A DNA stretch of 64,000 nt from Candidatus Multivorans sp. (lineage in GTDB: Bacteria; Acidobacteriota; Thermoanaerobaculia; Multivoradales; Multivoraceae), in the NCBI GenBank assembly GCA_965247095.1, contig OZ251997.1, positions 4,553,210-4,617,209 on the forward strand. Direction: 5' to 3'. Both the position numbers and the translations under genes were made by a program. Below are positions 1 to 12,320 of this stretch, piece after piece (the first letter of the stretch is position 1; each line of letters opens with the position of its first letter). Under the pieces are notes generated by a model. That model was not told where the DNA came from. It saw only the letters and a program-made list of their open reading frames with translations, and searched no databases.

Positions 1-2
1 AC

Positions 3-485
3 ATCGTCTCGACCTGGACGCCGCCGGAGCTGGGCGGCAACACGGTGTTCAGCTTGGCGCTGAACCACACGGAGACGGAAGTCACGCAGGATTCGGACCT
101 GCTCGGTGCCGGCGACGTGCTCGCCCTGGAACGTGGCGTTCCGAAGACGCGGTGGAACGTGGCCGTCAACCAGGGCATTGGGCCGGTCGATCTGCTCGGA
201 CGTCTGCACTACTTCGGGTCGTGGGTCGACCACCTGGACGCCCGCTCCGTGCGGCGCGCCGACGCGCCGGTCCTCGGCGGCCGCTACATCTTCGACCTGG
301 AGGTCAGCATCCCGCTGGTGCGCGAGACGACGCTCTCGGTCGGCGGCCAGAACGTTTTCGATACGTTCTCGGATCGGATGGACCTGTTCGCGGCGCAGTT
401 CGGCTTGCCCTACAGCCAGTTCACGCCCTGGGGCCTGAGCGGCGGCTACTACTATGTGCGCCTCCACCGCCGGTGGGGCCCGTAG
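3..485 (+). CDS. TonB-dependent receptor, C-terminal part (partial, runs off window start)
   Basis: Amphipathic beta-strand pattern; LSVGGQNVFDTF and terminal GGYYYVRL resemble TBDR C-termini. Confidence 0.7.
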   Translation: MVSTWTPPELGGNTVFSLALNHTETEVTQDSDLLGAGDVLALERGVPKTRWNVAVNQGIGPVDLLGRLHYFGSWVDHLDARSVRRADAPVLGGRYIFDLEVSIPLVRETTLSVGGQNVFDTFSDRMDLFAAQFGLPYSQFTPWGLSGGYYYVRLHRRWGP

Positions 486-550
486 TCAGGCTCCGAACCG
501 CCGAGGGGGCGGTAGAGTGCTCTCATGAGTTGGACATCGGGGCGTACCGC

Positions 551-1561
551 GTGACTACGCTGGCCGCGAAGCTGGAAGACCGGGAAAGTCGTTCGGTAGT
601 AAGCGCGAAGGATAGGCATCCAGAAGCCGGCGAGCGTGAGCAGCCGCCTGGGCCCTTTCTCCTTGAAGGTAACTGGAACTGGGTCGTCCACGCCGACAAC
701 GCCGAGGTAATCCCGGCGCTCCCGGACGGGTCTTTCCGGCTCATCTACATCGATCCGCCCTTCAACACGGGCAAGGTCCGGCAACGGACGGAGATTTCGA
801 CGGTCCGTTCCGGCGACGGTGACAGGGTCGGGTTCGGCGGCCGGCGATACCGCACCGTCGAGCTCGGAACGACTTCCTATGAGGACGCCTTTGACGACTA
901 CCTCGGGTTCATCGGGTCGCGTTTGGAGCATGCTCGCCGCCTGCTGACCATTGATGGCACGCTCTACCTGCATCTCGACCAGCGGGAGGCCCACTACTGC
1001 AAGGTCCTTCTCGACCAGCTCTTCGGTCGTGAGTGCTTCGTCAACGAGATCATCTGGGCCTACGACTACGGCGGCCGCTCGCGCCGCAAGTGGCCGGCGA
1101 AGCACGACACGATCCTCGTCTATGCCAAGGACCCCGATCGTTACTTCTTCGATCAGGATGCGATCGAACGGATTCCCTACATGGCTCCCGGCCTGGTGTC
1201 GAAGGCCAAGGCGGCGCGCGGGAAGCTCCCGACAGACGTCTGGTGGCACACCATTGTGCCCACGAACGGCAAGGAGAAGACAGGCTATGCCTCCCAGAAA
1301 CCGGAGGGCGTCCTGCGCCGGATAGTGAGCGCCTCGTCGCAGGAGGGCGATTGGGTACTGGACTTTTTTGCCGGGTCGGGAACGACTGCGGCGGTAGCGC
1401 AAAAGATGGGTCGGCGGTTCGTGATGGTCGATAGCAACGAGGAGGCGATCTCGGTGATGGCTCGGCGTTTGGGAGTGCAGGGCACGCGCTACGTCGATAG
1501 TGGAGTGCAGGCCTTGCCGATTCAAGAAGCTCAATCCGAGCAACTCGGACTCCTGGTATGA
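551..1561 (+). CDS. Site-specific DNA methyltransferase (N4/N6, beta class)
   Basis: YIDPPFNTG (motif IV) precedes DFFAGSGTT (motif I); QKPEGVLRRI. Start at GTG 551 is uncertain. Confidence 0.9.
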   Translation: MTTLAAKLEDRESRSVVSAKDRHPEAGEREQPPGPFLLEGNWNWVVHADNAEVIPALPDGSFRLIYIDPPFNTGKVRQRTEISTVRSGDGDRVGFGGRRYRTVELGTTSYEDAFDDYLGFIGSRLEHARRLLTIDGTLYLHLDQREAHYCKVLLDQLFGRECFVNEIIWAYDYGGRSRRKWPAKHDTILVYAKDPDRYFFDQDAIERIPYMAPGLVSKAKAARGKLPTDVWWHTIVPTNGKEKTGYASQKPEGVLRRIVSASSQEGDWVLDFFAGSGTTAAVAQKMGRRFVMVDSNEEAISVMARRLGVQGTRYVDSGVQALPIQEAQSEQLGLLV

Positions 1562-2155
1562 GCGAAACGACATCGGTGATTCAGGATCCCGACGTAGATG
1601 TCCTAGCGCTTCACGCTCAACTACTTCGTGACGAGTATGTGACGGCGGAAGCGGATCCCTGGAAGCACAGCCCGTTTGGCTGGATCAAATGCCGACCCAT
1701 CTCGCCGGGTCGGCGCGATTGGCGAGCGACTCGTCCATGCCTGGTGCCTCGCCCAAGGCTTCGAGGTTGAGAGGTCTCCAGACTCCGAGGCAGACCGGAT
1801 CATTGAGGGGTATCGTGTAGAGATCAAGTTCTCCACGCTTTGGAAGGCGGGCGGATATAAGTTCCAGCAGATACGGGACCAGAACTACGACTACCTCTTC
1901 GCATTGGGCATATCGCCCTTCGACGCGAGTGCATGGGTAGTCCCCAAGGCTGTACTGAAGCAGTACGTGATCGGTCACATGGGTCAGCACACAGGCGCTG
2001 CAGCGACTGATACTTCTTGGCTTGGCTTCAAGGTCGGCGAAGAGCAGGACTGGTTGAAGGCGTTTGGGGGGACACTGGCGGAAGCTCGTTGTGTTCTCGC
2101 CGCAATCGGCAGAGGACGTCGCGACGGTTTGCGAGGAAGGGACGGTGCGCAATGA
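1558..2155 (+). pseudogene. Putative type II restriction endonuclease (PD-(D/E)xK), frameshifted at about 1695-1697
   Basis: ATGA overlap with the MTase stop. ORFs 1558-1770 and 1676-2155 join if one C of cgaCCCa is removed (WIKCRP|SRRVGAIGE). ADRIIEGYRVEIKFS is a nuclease-like motif. Confidence 0.7.
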
Positions 2156-2219
2156 AGGCGCAAGGAGGCGTAGTGGGTCCGTAGCCATCTGCGCTCCCAC
2201 GATGTGAGATCATCCGGCC

Positions 2220-3737
2220 ATGGCGCGCCGGGCTCCCCAGGGAACGCAGGCCATCCAGCGGGCGCTGTCCCTCTACCGGTCGTTCACGGCGGAGCAGCCG
2301 GAGCATCGGCTGACGGACCTCGCCGCGGCGCACGGACTCCATCCCTCGACGGCGCACCGGCTGCTCGGTGTGCTGGAGGCGGAGGGACTGGTTGGCCGCA
2401 ACCCGGACACGCAGGGTTACCGTTGGCTGCCCGAGAGTGGCCTCGGCGGCGGCGAGCGGCCTTTGCGCCGCAACGGCATGTCTCTGTTGGAGCCGCTCCG
2501 GACGCCGTTCCATCGCCGTACGGAGGCTCTGTGCGAGAGCGGCGCCTGGCGCGACTGGTCGGGCTACACCTGCGTCCTGAGCTACGAACCGACGCCGGAT
2601 CGCGACTACTGGGCGATCCGCAACACGGCCGCTCTGATCGACGTGTCGCCGCTGTTCAAGTACGAGATCCGGGGCGCCGATGCAGAGCGTCTGCTCGACC
2701 GCGTCATGACGCGCGACTTCACGAAGTGCCGCGTGGGCCGGGTCATGTACACGTCGTGGTGCAATGAGGACGGCCATCTGCTGCAGGACGGCAACGTGCA
2801 GCGACTGGACCGGGAGCGGTTCCTGGTCAGCGCCGCGGCGCCGTGCCTGCGCTGGTTGGAGGACTGCGCCCTCGGCATGGACGCCGAGGTGCGGGACGTT
2901 TCCGCCGACTCCGGCGTGCTGGCGCTCCAGGGACCGCGGGCGCGGGCGATTGCCGAGGCGGCCGTAGAGGGTGTCGACTTCGCCCGGATGCGCTACTTCG
3001 ACCTGGCCGGCGGTGAACTCGGCGTTCCGGCCGGCGACGCCCGCGGCACCCCGGTCACCGTGACCCGCACCGGCTACACCGGCGACCTCGGCTACGAGTT
3101 CTGGATCGCCGCGGAGCACGCGGAGGCGCTGTGGGATGCGCTCGCTGCCGCCGGCGCCGCCCACGGCCTGCAGCCCGCCGGCCTGCTGGCGCTCGACATG
3201 GTTCGAGTCGAGTCGGGTCTGGTGCTGATCGACGTCGACTACGTGTCGGCGTCGCACGCCGAGATCGAGGTGCTCAAGGTCACGCCGGCCGAGGCCGGCC
3301 TGGGCTTCGCCGTGAAGCTCGACAAGCGGGCCGACTTCGTGGGCCGCCGGGCACTGGAGCGGGAGCGCGAACGGGGACCGGCCTGGGCCATGGTGGGGCT
3401 CGAAGTCGACTGGTTCGAGCTGGAGCGGCTGTGGTCCGAGATCGATCTGCGGCCGCAGGTGGTCGGCGACCCGGCGTCGCGGGCGCCGACCCCCGTGTTC
3501 GCGCCGGGAGGTGAGCAGGTCGGGCAGTGCACGACGCGGTTCTTCTCGCCCTTGCTCAAGAAGTACATCGGTCTGGCGACGGTGCAGGCCGACGCGGCCG
3601 CGCTCGGGACCGCCCTGGAGCTCGAGGTCGCGGTCGGCTACGGACGGCGACGGGCCCTCGCCCGGGTCGCGCGAAGGCCGTTCTTCGATCCGGCGCGCAA
3701 GACGGCGGTGGGTGCGGCCCTGGGAGGCGGCGCGTGA
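2220..3737 (+). CDS. IclR-type HTH fused to GcvT-family aminomethyltransferase/demethylase
   Basis: N-terminal AIQRAL...LHPSTAHRLLGVLEAEGLV; then RTPFH, LIDVSPL, TRTGYTGDLGYE, RPFFDP. Confidence 0.85.
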   Translation: MARRAPQGTQAIQRALSLYRSFTAEQPEHRLTDLAAAHGLHPSTAHRLLGVLEAEGLVGRNPDTQGYRWLPESGLGGGERPLRRNGMSLLEPLRTPFHRRTEALCESGAWRDWSGYTCVLSYEPTPDRDYWAIRNTAALIDVSPLFKYEIRGADAERLLDRVMTRDFTKCRVGRVMYTSWCNEDGHLLQDGNVQRLDRERFLVSAAAPCLRWLEDCALGMDAEVRDVSADSGVLALQGPRARAIAEAAVEGVDFARMRYFDLAGGELGVPAGDARGTPVTVTRTGYTGDLGYEFWIAAEHAEALWDALAAAGAAHGLQPAGLLALDMVRVESGLVLIDVDYVSASHAEIEVLKVTPAEAGLGFAVKLDKRADFVGRRALERERERGPAWAMVGLEVDWFELERLWSEIDLRPQVVGDPASRAPTPVFAPGGEQVGQCTTRFFSPLLKKYIGLATVQADAAALGTALELEVAVGYGRRRALARVARRPFFDPARKTAVGAALGGGA

Positions 3738-5449
3738 GCGGCGGCGACGGTTCCGGGCCTGGGAGCGCGGGCGTCTCGCCCGCATCCGATCCGGCCCGCC
3801 GCAGCGGCTGCTTCGACGCGATCGTCGTCGGCGCCGGCCACAACGGTCTCGTCTCCGCGGCCTACCTGGCCCGGGCCGGGCTGGACGTCGTGGTGCTGGA
3901 GCGCGGGCCGGTCATCGGCGGCGCCACGCTGAGCGAGGAGGCGTTCCCGGGCTTCCGGTACAGCGTGTTCTCGTACCTGGTGTCGTTGCTGCGCCCGGAG
4001 GTGATCCACGAACTCGACCTGGTAAGGCACGGCCTGTTCCTGGTGCCGACCGCGAGCACGTTGAACCCGCTGCCGGGCGGCGACTGCCTGCTGCGCGAGG
4101 CGGACCCCCAGCGCACCTACCGCAACATCGCCCGGCACTCGCGGCGCGACGCCGAGGCGCTCTCGGAGTACAAGCTCGAGATGCGCCGTCTGGGGCACTT
4201 GATGTTCCGGCTGCAGCGGGCGGCGCCGGACGAACTCGCGGCGGCGGTCGCCGGTCACGTCGAGGAGGATCCGGAGCAGAGCGGACCGGATGTGTCGGCG
4301 GAAGTGGCGGACATCGCGCGCTACTTCCTCGACCTGCCGAAGGACCGGATGCGCTCCTTCCTGCAGATGCTGACGATGAGTTCGGCCGACTTCCTGGACC
4401 AGTGGTTCGAGTGCGACGCGCTGAAGGCCGCGCTCTCCTCCTCGAGCATCATCGGCTCCTTCCTGTCGCCGCGCACGCCGGGCTCGGCGTACGTGCTGCT
4501 GCACCACTACATGGGCGAGATCGACGGGGTGTACCGGGAGTGGGGCTTCCAGAAGGGCGGCACGGGCGGCGTCGCGGCCGCAATCGCGTCGGCCGCGCGC
4601 GGCTACGGCGCCGAGATCCGCACGGATTGCCCGGTTACCCGCGTCCTTGCGCGTGACGGTCGCGCCTGTGGCGTCGTGCTTGCGAACGGCGACGAACTCA
4701 CCGCCGATGTCGTCGTCTCGTCGGCGGCGCCCCAGGTCAGTCTCGGCCGGCTGCTCGACGCCGGCGACGTTCCCGGCGGAGCGGGGGAGGGGCTTCTCGA
4801 CCGTGTGTCCCGCTGGCAGAGCAGGGGTTGCGCCGGCAAGGTCAACCTGGCGCTCGACGGACTGCCTCGTTTCGAGTGCATGCCGGAACCCGGCCCCCAC
4901 CTCGCGGGCGGGATCACCATCGCTCCGGGTCTCGACTACATCGATCGCGCCTACGACGACGCGAAGTACGGGGGCTTCTCGGAACGTCCGTTCATCGACC
5001 TGATCATCCCCTCCGTCCTCGACCCGGACATGGCGCCGCCGGGGAAGTGCGTGCTGTCCTGCTTCGTGCAGTACGCGCCCTACGAGCTGGCGGGAACCAC
5101 CTGGGACGAGCAGCGCGACGCGTTCGGCGACGCCGTGGTGCGGACCCTGGCCGAGTACGCCCCGGGCATCGAGGACCAGGTGCTGCACCGGCAGGTGCGG
5201 GTACCGCCCGACATCGAGGCGATCGCCGGCATTCCGGGCGGCAACATCTTCCACGGCGAGTTGCGTCTGTCGCAGCTCTTCCTGCTGCGGCCGGATCCGG
5301 CTGCCGCATCCTTCCGGACGCCGTTGCCGGGCTACTACCTCTGCGGCTCGTCGACGCAGTTCGGCGGCGGCATCTCGGGCGGGCCCGGGCGGCTGGCTGC
5401 GCTCCGAATCCTCGAGGACCTGCGGCGTGGCGGGGCGGAGGCGCCGTGA
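3734..5449 (+). CDS. Phytoene dehydrogenase-like FAD-dependent oxidoreductase (PYROXD2-like)
   Basis: VVGAGHNGLVSAAYLA, GGNIFHGEL, YYLCGSS..GGGISG; GTGA overlap with the upstream gene. Confidence 0.9.
   Translation: MSGGDGSGPGSAGVSPASDPARRSGCFDAIVVGAGHNGLVSAAYLARAGLDVVVLERGPVIGGATLSEEAFPGFRYSVFSYLVSLLRPEVIHELDLVRHGLFLVPTASTLNPLPGGDCLLREADPQRTYRNIARHSRRDAEALSEYKLEMRRLGHLMFRLQRAAPDELAAAVAGHVEEDPEQSGPDVSAEVADIARYFLDLPKDRMRSFLQMLTMSSADFLDQWFECDALKAALSSSSIIGSFLSPRTPGSAYVLLHHYMGEIDGVYREWGFQKGGTGGVAAAIASAARGYGAEIRTDCPVTRVLARDGRACGVVLANGDELTADVVVSSAAPQVSLGRLLDAGDVPGGAGEGLLDRVSRWQSRGCAGKVNLALDGLPRFECMPEPGPHLAGGITIAPGLDYIDRAYDDAKYGGFSERPFIDLIIPSVLDPDMAPPGKCVLSCFVQYAPYELAGTTWDEQRDAFGDAVVRTLAEYAPGIEDQVLHRQVRVPPDIEAIAGIPGGNIFHGELRLSQLFLLRPDPAAASFRTPLPGYYLCGSSTQFGGGISGGPGRLAALRILEDLRRGGAEAP
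3758..3788. repeat. REP-like palindrome located inside a coding sequence
   Basis: cctgggagcgcgggcgtctcgcccgcatccg matches copies at 24614, 32634 and 48229. Confidence 0.8.
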
Positions 5450-6960
5450 GCGATCGGGTCGCGATCGTCGGTGGGGGCCACAACGGCCTGGTAGCCGCCG
5501 CGCTGCTGGCGCGCTCCGGGCGGGAAGTCGTGCTGCTCGAGGCGCGGAGCGAACTGGGCGGGCTGGCCTCGACCCGGGAGCTGATTCCCGGCCACCGCGT
5601 CGACTCAGGACACAACGACCTCGGGATGTTCCGCCGCTCCCTGATCGAGGAACTCGAACTGCTTCGCTACGGCCTGGAACTGATCGAGGCGCCGGCGGTG
5701 GCCGCTGTCCCGGCAGCCGGGGACGCCGGCGCCGTCGTGCTCTGGCCTGAAGTCGACCGGACCGTGGAGGGACTCGCTTCGATCAGTGCCCGTGACGCAG
5801 CCGCCTGGCCGCGGTTCGTCGCCGAACTCGCGGAGCGGGCGGAGGCGCTCGAACCGCTGCTGTGCCGGCCGCCGGAACTGGCCGACATGGGGCGCCTGCT
5901 GATTGCGCCGGAACTGCTGCGCTTCGTGTCCGCGCCGCTGGACGAACTGTTGCGCGAGTGGTTCGAGACCCGGGCGCTGGCCGCCGGACTGTGCGGTCTG
6001 GCGCTTCCGGCGACCGGGATGGGACCGCGGGCGAACGGCACCGGCTGGCCGCTGCTCTACCACTGCGCTCTCGGTGGATCCGACCGTCTGGCGTCCGTCG
6101 TGCGGGCGCGGGGCGGCGCGGCCGGGCTGGCAGGGGCGCTCTCGGCTTCGGCCAGGGCCTCCGGCGCGGTGTTCAGGACCGGCGCCGTCGTCTCGCGGAT
6201 CCTGGTGGAGGAGGGCCGTGTCGCGGGTGTGCAACTGGCGGACGGTGAGCGGATCGAAGCCGGGGCGGTGATCTCGACCGCGACGCCCACCGCCACCTTC
6301 CTCGACCTGGTCGGCGCGCCCGACCTCGAACCTCGCTTCGTCCGCCGGCTGCTCAAGGTGAAGTACCGCGGCGCCGCGGCCCGGTTGGCGCTGTCCCTCG
6401 ACGATCTGCCTCGGTTCCAGGGTCTGGAACGTCCGGCTCTCACCGGACGGATCGTGCTCGCCCAGGATCCGGACGACATCGAGCGCGCGGCCGACGCGGC
6501 GAAGTACGGCCGCTTGCCGGCGCGGCCCTGGATCGAAGCGTCGCTGCCGACGGCTCTCGATCCGTCGCTGGCGCCCGCGGGGCGGCACCTGCTGCTGGCG
6601 ACGGCGCACCACTTGCCTTTCGGCCTCGAGGGTGGCTGGAGCTCCGGCGGCCCGGAGCTGCGGGACCGCATGCTGGCCGAACTCGATCGCTGGGCGCCGG
6701 GGATCGACGGTCTGACCCGGGAACACGCTCTGCTGCTTCCCGCGGACTACGAGTCCGAGTACAGCGCCACGGAGGGCGGACTTCACCACGGCGAGATGAA
6801 CCCCGGTCAGAGCCTGTGGCTGCGGCCTTCGGCGGCCGCCTGGGCAGGTGAGCCGTTGCCGGTGGAGGGGTTGTGGCTCGGCGGCGCGGGTTGCCATCCG
6901 GGCGGCGGCGTGACCGGCCTGCCGGGCCGGACGGCCGCGGTGTCCCTGCTCAGGGGATAA
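5446..6960 (+). CDS. Second phytoene dehydrogenase-like FAD oxidoreductase
   Basis: IVGGGHNGLVAA, GGLHHGEM, GAGCHPGGGVTGLPG; GTGA overlap. Confidence 0.9.
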   Translation: MSDRVAIVGGGHNGLVAAALLARSGREVVLLEARSELGGLASTRELIPGHRVDSGHNDLGMFRRSLIEELELLRYGLELIEAPAVAAVPAAGDAGAVVLWPEVDRTVEGLASISARDAAAWPRFVAELAERAEALEPLLCRPPELADMGRLLIAPELLRFVSAPLDELLREWFETRALAAGLCGLALPATGMGPRANGTGWPLLYHCALGGSDRLASVVRARGGAAGLAGALSASARASGAVFRTGAVVSRILVEEGRVAGVQLADGERIEAGAVISTATPTATFLDLVGAPDLEPRFVRRLLKVKYRGAAARLALSLDDLPRFQGLERPALTGRIVLAQDPDDIERAADAAKYGRLPARPWIEASLPTALDPSLAPAGRHLLLATAHHLPFGLEGGWSSGGPELRDRMLAELDRWAPGIDGLTREHALLLPADYESEYSATEGGLHHGEMNPGQSLWLRPSAAAWAGEPLPVEGLWLGGAGCHPGGGVTGLPGRTAAVSLLRG

Positions 6961-7062
6961 CCTCCGGCGACTGGAGCCTACGATCAGACGACCTTTCAAG
7001 CGGCGTTCGCGCTGGCGCCTGCAATGGCGTTCTCGGCCTGACAGCGCACCTGGAGACCATCG

Positions 7063-7599
7063 ATGAAGAACTTCCTCCCCTTCCTGTTCGCTCTCGGCAC
7101 CGCGCTGTGCTGGGGGCTCTACGGCCCGGTGTTGGGCAGGGCACGCCTGGTGGACGAGACGATGTCGCCCTTCAAGCCCTACGTCGGCATCGGCATCGCC
7201 TACCTGGCGATCGCGATCGTCGGCGGTCTGATCGGCATGAGAATCATGGGCGACAGCTTCGAACCCACCGGACCGTCCGGCATCTGGGGCCTCTACGCGG
7301 GCATCCTGGGCGCCCTCGGTGCGCTCTCGCTGACCCTCGCCATGTTCAGCGGCGGCGCGCGGATTCCCTACGCCGTGATGCCGGTCGTGTTCGGCGGCGC
7401 GGTCACGGTCACCGCTCTGTACACGCTGGCGCGCGCCAAGGGCCAGATCGAAGTGAGCCCGCTGCTCTGGGTGGGCATTGTTGGCATGTTGGTCTCGGTG
7501 GTCCTCATTACGATGAACACGCCGCACCCCGGGCCGCCGGGCGGCGGCCACGGCGAGCACACGACCGCCGTTGAGGACGGCGATACGGGAAGCGGCTAG
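7063..7599 (+). CDS. Small multi-pass membrane protein (DMT-like)
   Basis: About 5 hydrophobic helices, CWGLYGP motif, GGAG RBS. Confidence 0.7.
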   Translation: MKNFLPFLFALGTALCWGLYGPVLGRARLVDETMSPFKPYVGIGIAYLAIAIVGGLIGMRIMGDSFEPTGPSGIWGLYAGILGALGALSLTLAMFSGGARIPYAVMPVVFGGAVTVTALYTLARAKGQIEVSPLLWVGIVGMLVSVVLITMNTPHPGPPGGGHGEHTTAVEDGDTGSG

Positions 7600-7677
7600 G
7601 CCCGCCGCTGTCCGATCCCTGAGCCGGATCTGCTGAGCCGGCCCTAGGTCAACCGGCAGAACAGGAAAGGAGTGGAG

Positions 7678-8082
7678 CTACTCGACGGCGCGCGTGGCGG
7701 TCGCGGTCATGTCGCCGAAGTCGGTGGCGAACGTGCCGTTGAGCGAGTCGCCATCGACCATGCCGCTGAAGACCAGCGTGAGCTGCTGGCCACCGGCGTC
7801 GATTTCAACCGTGAAACCCAAGGCGCCGTCTTCGGCAAAGGTGACGTCGGTCGCTTCCACTTCGCCGTCGGGCGAGGCCATCGCGACCATCAGGCCGCTG
7901 GCGTCGCCGCTCACGTTGATGGTCGGCGTCTGGGTGCCGAGCGGCGTCTCGATCGACATGTTCCAGGAGCCGACGGCGGCGGGGAGAGCCGGCGCACCGT
8001 AGGCACTGCAGCCGACGGTGAGCAGGGCCGCGGCCAGTGCGAGCAGGAGGTAGTTGCGGAGTTTCCCAGTTGAGAGGGTCAT
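7678..8082 (-). CDS. Secreted or lipoprotein, beta-rich hypothetical
   Basis: Signal with LTVGC lipobox-like motif; GSWNMSIETPLG repeat-type motif. Confidence 0.65.
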   Translation of the reverse strand: MTLSTGKLRNYLLLALAAALLTVGCSAYGAPALPAAVGSWNMSIETPLGTQTPTINVSGDASGLMVAMASPDGEVEATDVTFAEDGALGFTVEIDAGGQQLTLVFSGMVDGDSLNGTFATDFGDMTATATRAVE

Positions 8083-8196
8083 TTCGGCCTTTCCGGTCCT
8101 CGTTGGGACCCGTGTGGTTCGGAGCGTCAACCGGCCCCGGAGTCAAGATCGTGTAGGCGGCGAATGATAGCCGAGCGGCCTCAGCCCTTATCGGTG

Positions 8197-9102
8197 TCAG
8201 TCGTTCTCCAACTGCCGGCGCATGTCGTCGAACATGGCCAGGTCGGCCAGCGACGGCTCAGGGTTGTGCAGGTCGAGACGGGCCAGGGCGTCGCGCACGA
8301 TGTCGGCCACCGCCCAGCGCATGTACGGCTTGTTGTCGGCTGGAATCGCGTACCACGGCGCGTGGCTCTTCGTGGTGGACCTGATCGTTTCGCCGTACGC
8401 GCTCATGTACTCGTTCCAGAACCCCCGCTCACGGACGTCGCTGATCGCGAACTTCCAGTGCTTGTCGGCGCGGTCGAGGCGGCGCAGGAAGCGGACCTTC
8501 TGCTCGTCGCGGGAGACGTTGAGGAAGAACTTGAGAATCAATGTGCCGTTGCGCGCCAGGTGCCGCTCGTGTTCGACGATGGACTCCATGCGCTGCTGCC
8601 AAAGGCCGTTGGGATCCCGGTACGGCAGTTGTTGCTTCTCCAGCAGCTCGGGATGGACCCGCACCACGAGGACTTCCTCGTAGTAGCTGCGGTTGAAGAC
8701 GCCGATGCGGCCGCGCTCCGGCAGGTTGCGAGCGGTGCGCCACAGGAAGTCGTGATCGAGCTCCTCGGTCGACGGCTGTTTGAAGCTGAACACCTGGCAG
8801 CCGGCAGGGTTGACGCCTGTGAGCAGCGCGTTGATCGTGCTGTCCTTGCCGGCCGCGTCCATCGCCTGGAAGACGAGCAGCACGGCGTGGCGGTTGTCTG
8901 CGTAGAGCAGTCGCTGCAGCCGGCTGATGTCGCGCACGGCGGTTCGGCGCAGTTTGTTCAGCTTCTGGTGGCTGGGCGCGTCCGGCGGCGGCCCCGTGCT
9001 CCACTGCCGCGGGTCGAAGCGCTTCGTGCCCTGGGGCACCAGGTAGCGCTGGGCCGGTTTCTCGGGCTCGCGACGGACGCTTTCGGGACTTTCTGGTGGC
9101 AT
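8197..9102 (-). CDS. ppk2: Polyphosphate kinase 2 (class III-like)
   Basis: QAMDAAGKD, FNRSYYEEVL, LKFFLNVS, APWYAIPADNK. Confidence 0.92.
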   Translation of the reverse strand: MPPESPESVRREPEKPAQRYLVPQGTKRFDPRQWSTGPPPDAPSHQKLNKLRRTAVRDISRLQRLLYADNRHAVLLVFQAMDAAGKDSTINALLTGVNPAGCQVFSFKQPSTEELDHDFLWRTARNLPERGRIGVFNRSYYEEVLVVRVHPELLEKQQLPYRDPNGLWQQRMESIVEHERHLARNGTLILKFFLNVSRDEQKVRFLRRLDRADKHWKFAISDVRERGFWNEYMSAYGETIRSTTKSHAPWYAIPADNKPYMRWAVADIVRDALARLDLHNPEPSLADLAMFDDMRRQLEND

Positions 9103-9272
9103 GAGAGGGGAGGATGCCACAGGCGGCTGGAGGCGCAGAGCGGCCGTGGGCTCTGGATTCCATCAAATGAGTCCACGAGCCGGCCTGAAGGCGGAGCCCG
9201 GCGTCGGTTATGCGCCGATCTGGCGGTGCAGTTTCGTAGACTGTCCCCTCCACCAACGGAAAGGGAGGCAAC

Positions 9273-9602
9273 ATGAACAAAGTCGACTGGTACTACCACC
9301 GCAACGGCTGAACGAGCTGCAAGAAAGCGTCCAAGTTGCTGGATGCACGTGGCGCGGTGATTGCGGACAGGACTTCAGCGAGCCGGAAGCTGGGGCGAGC
9401 CGAGGCGGAAGCTCTGGTCGCCGAGGCGGAGACGATCTACGTCGCCAGGGGGCGCAAGCAGACGGAACTGCCGGCTTCGGAACCGGGCGCGGCTGACCTG
9501 ATGCTGGGGCCGACCGGCAACCTGCGGGCACCGGTGGTCCGGGTCGGCAGCACGCTGATCGTCGGCTACCACGAAGAGGCGCTGAACGAGGTTCTGGGCT
9601 AG
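9273..9602 (+). CDS. ArsC-family selenoprotein (UxxC, TGA at 9309 read as Sec)
   Basis: AAGGGAGG RBS, ATG 9273, MNKVDWYYHRNG-TGA-TSCKKA in frame with ORF 9336-9602 (LGPTGNLRAP..VG). Confidence 0.85.
9327..9346 (+). promoter_or_regulatory. Candidate bacterial SECIS hairpin
   Basis: GCGTCCA-AGTTGC-TGGATGC, a 7-bp stem with one G-U pair; the loop starts 22 nt after the UGA and has G at loop position 2. Confidence 0.65.
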
Positions 9603-9609
9603 CAGCCAG

Positions 9610-12210
<2,601 letters not shown>

Positions 12211-12320
12211 GTCGTTGTCGCCTCGCTGTCCGCGTCGGTTTGTCGGTCGTTTCGCCTTTGGAACGGGGCTGGCGGGAGATCTTATTCCATTTCGCTTAAG
12301 TTGGCTAGATCTGAGTCGTC

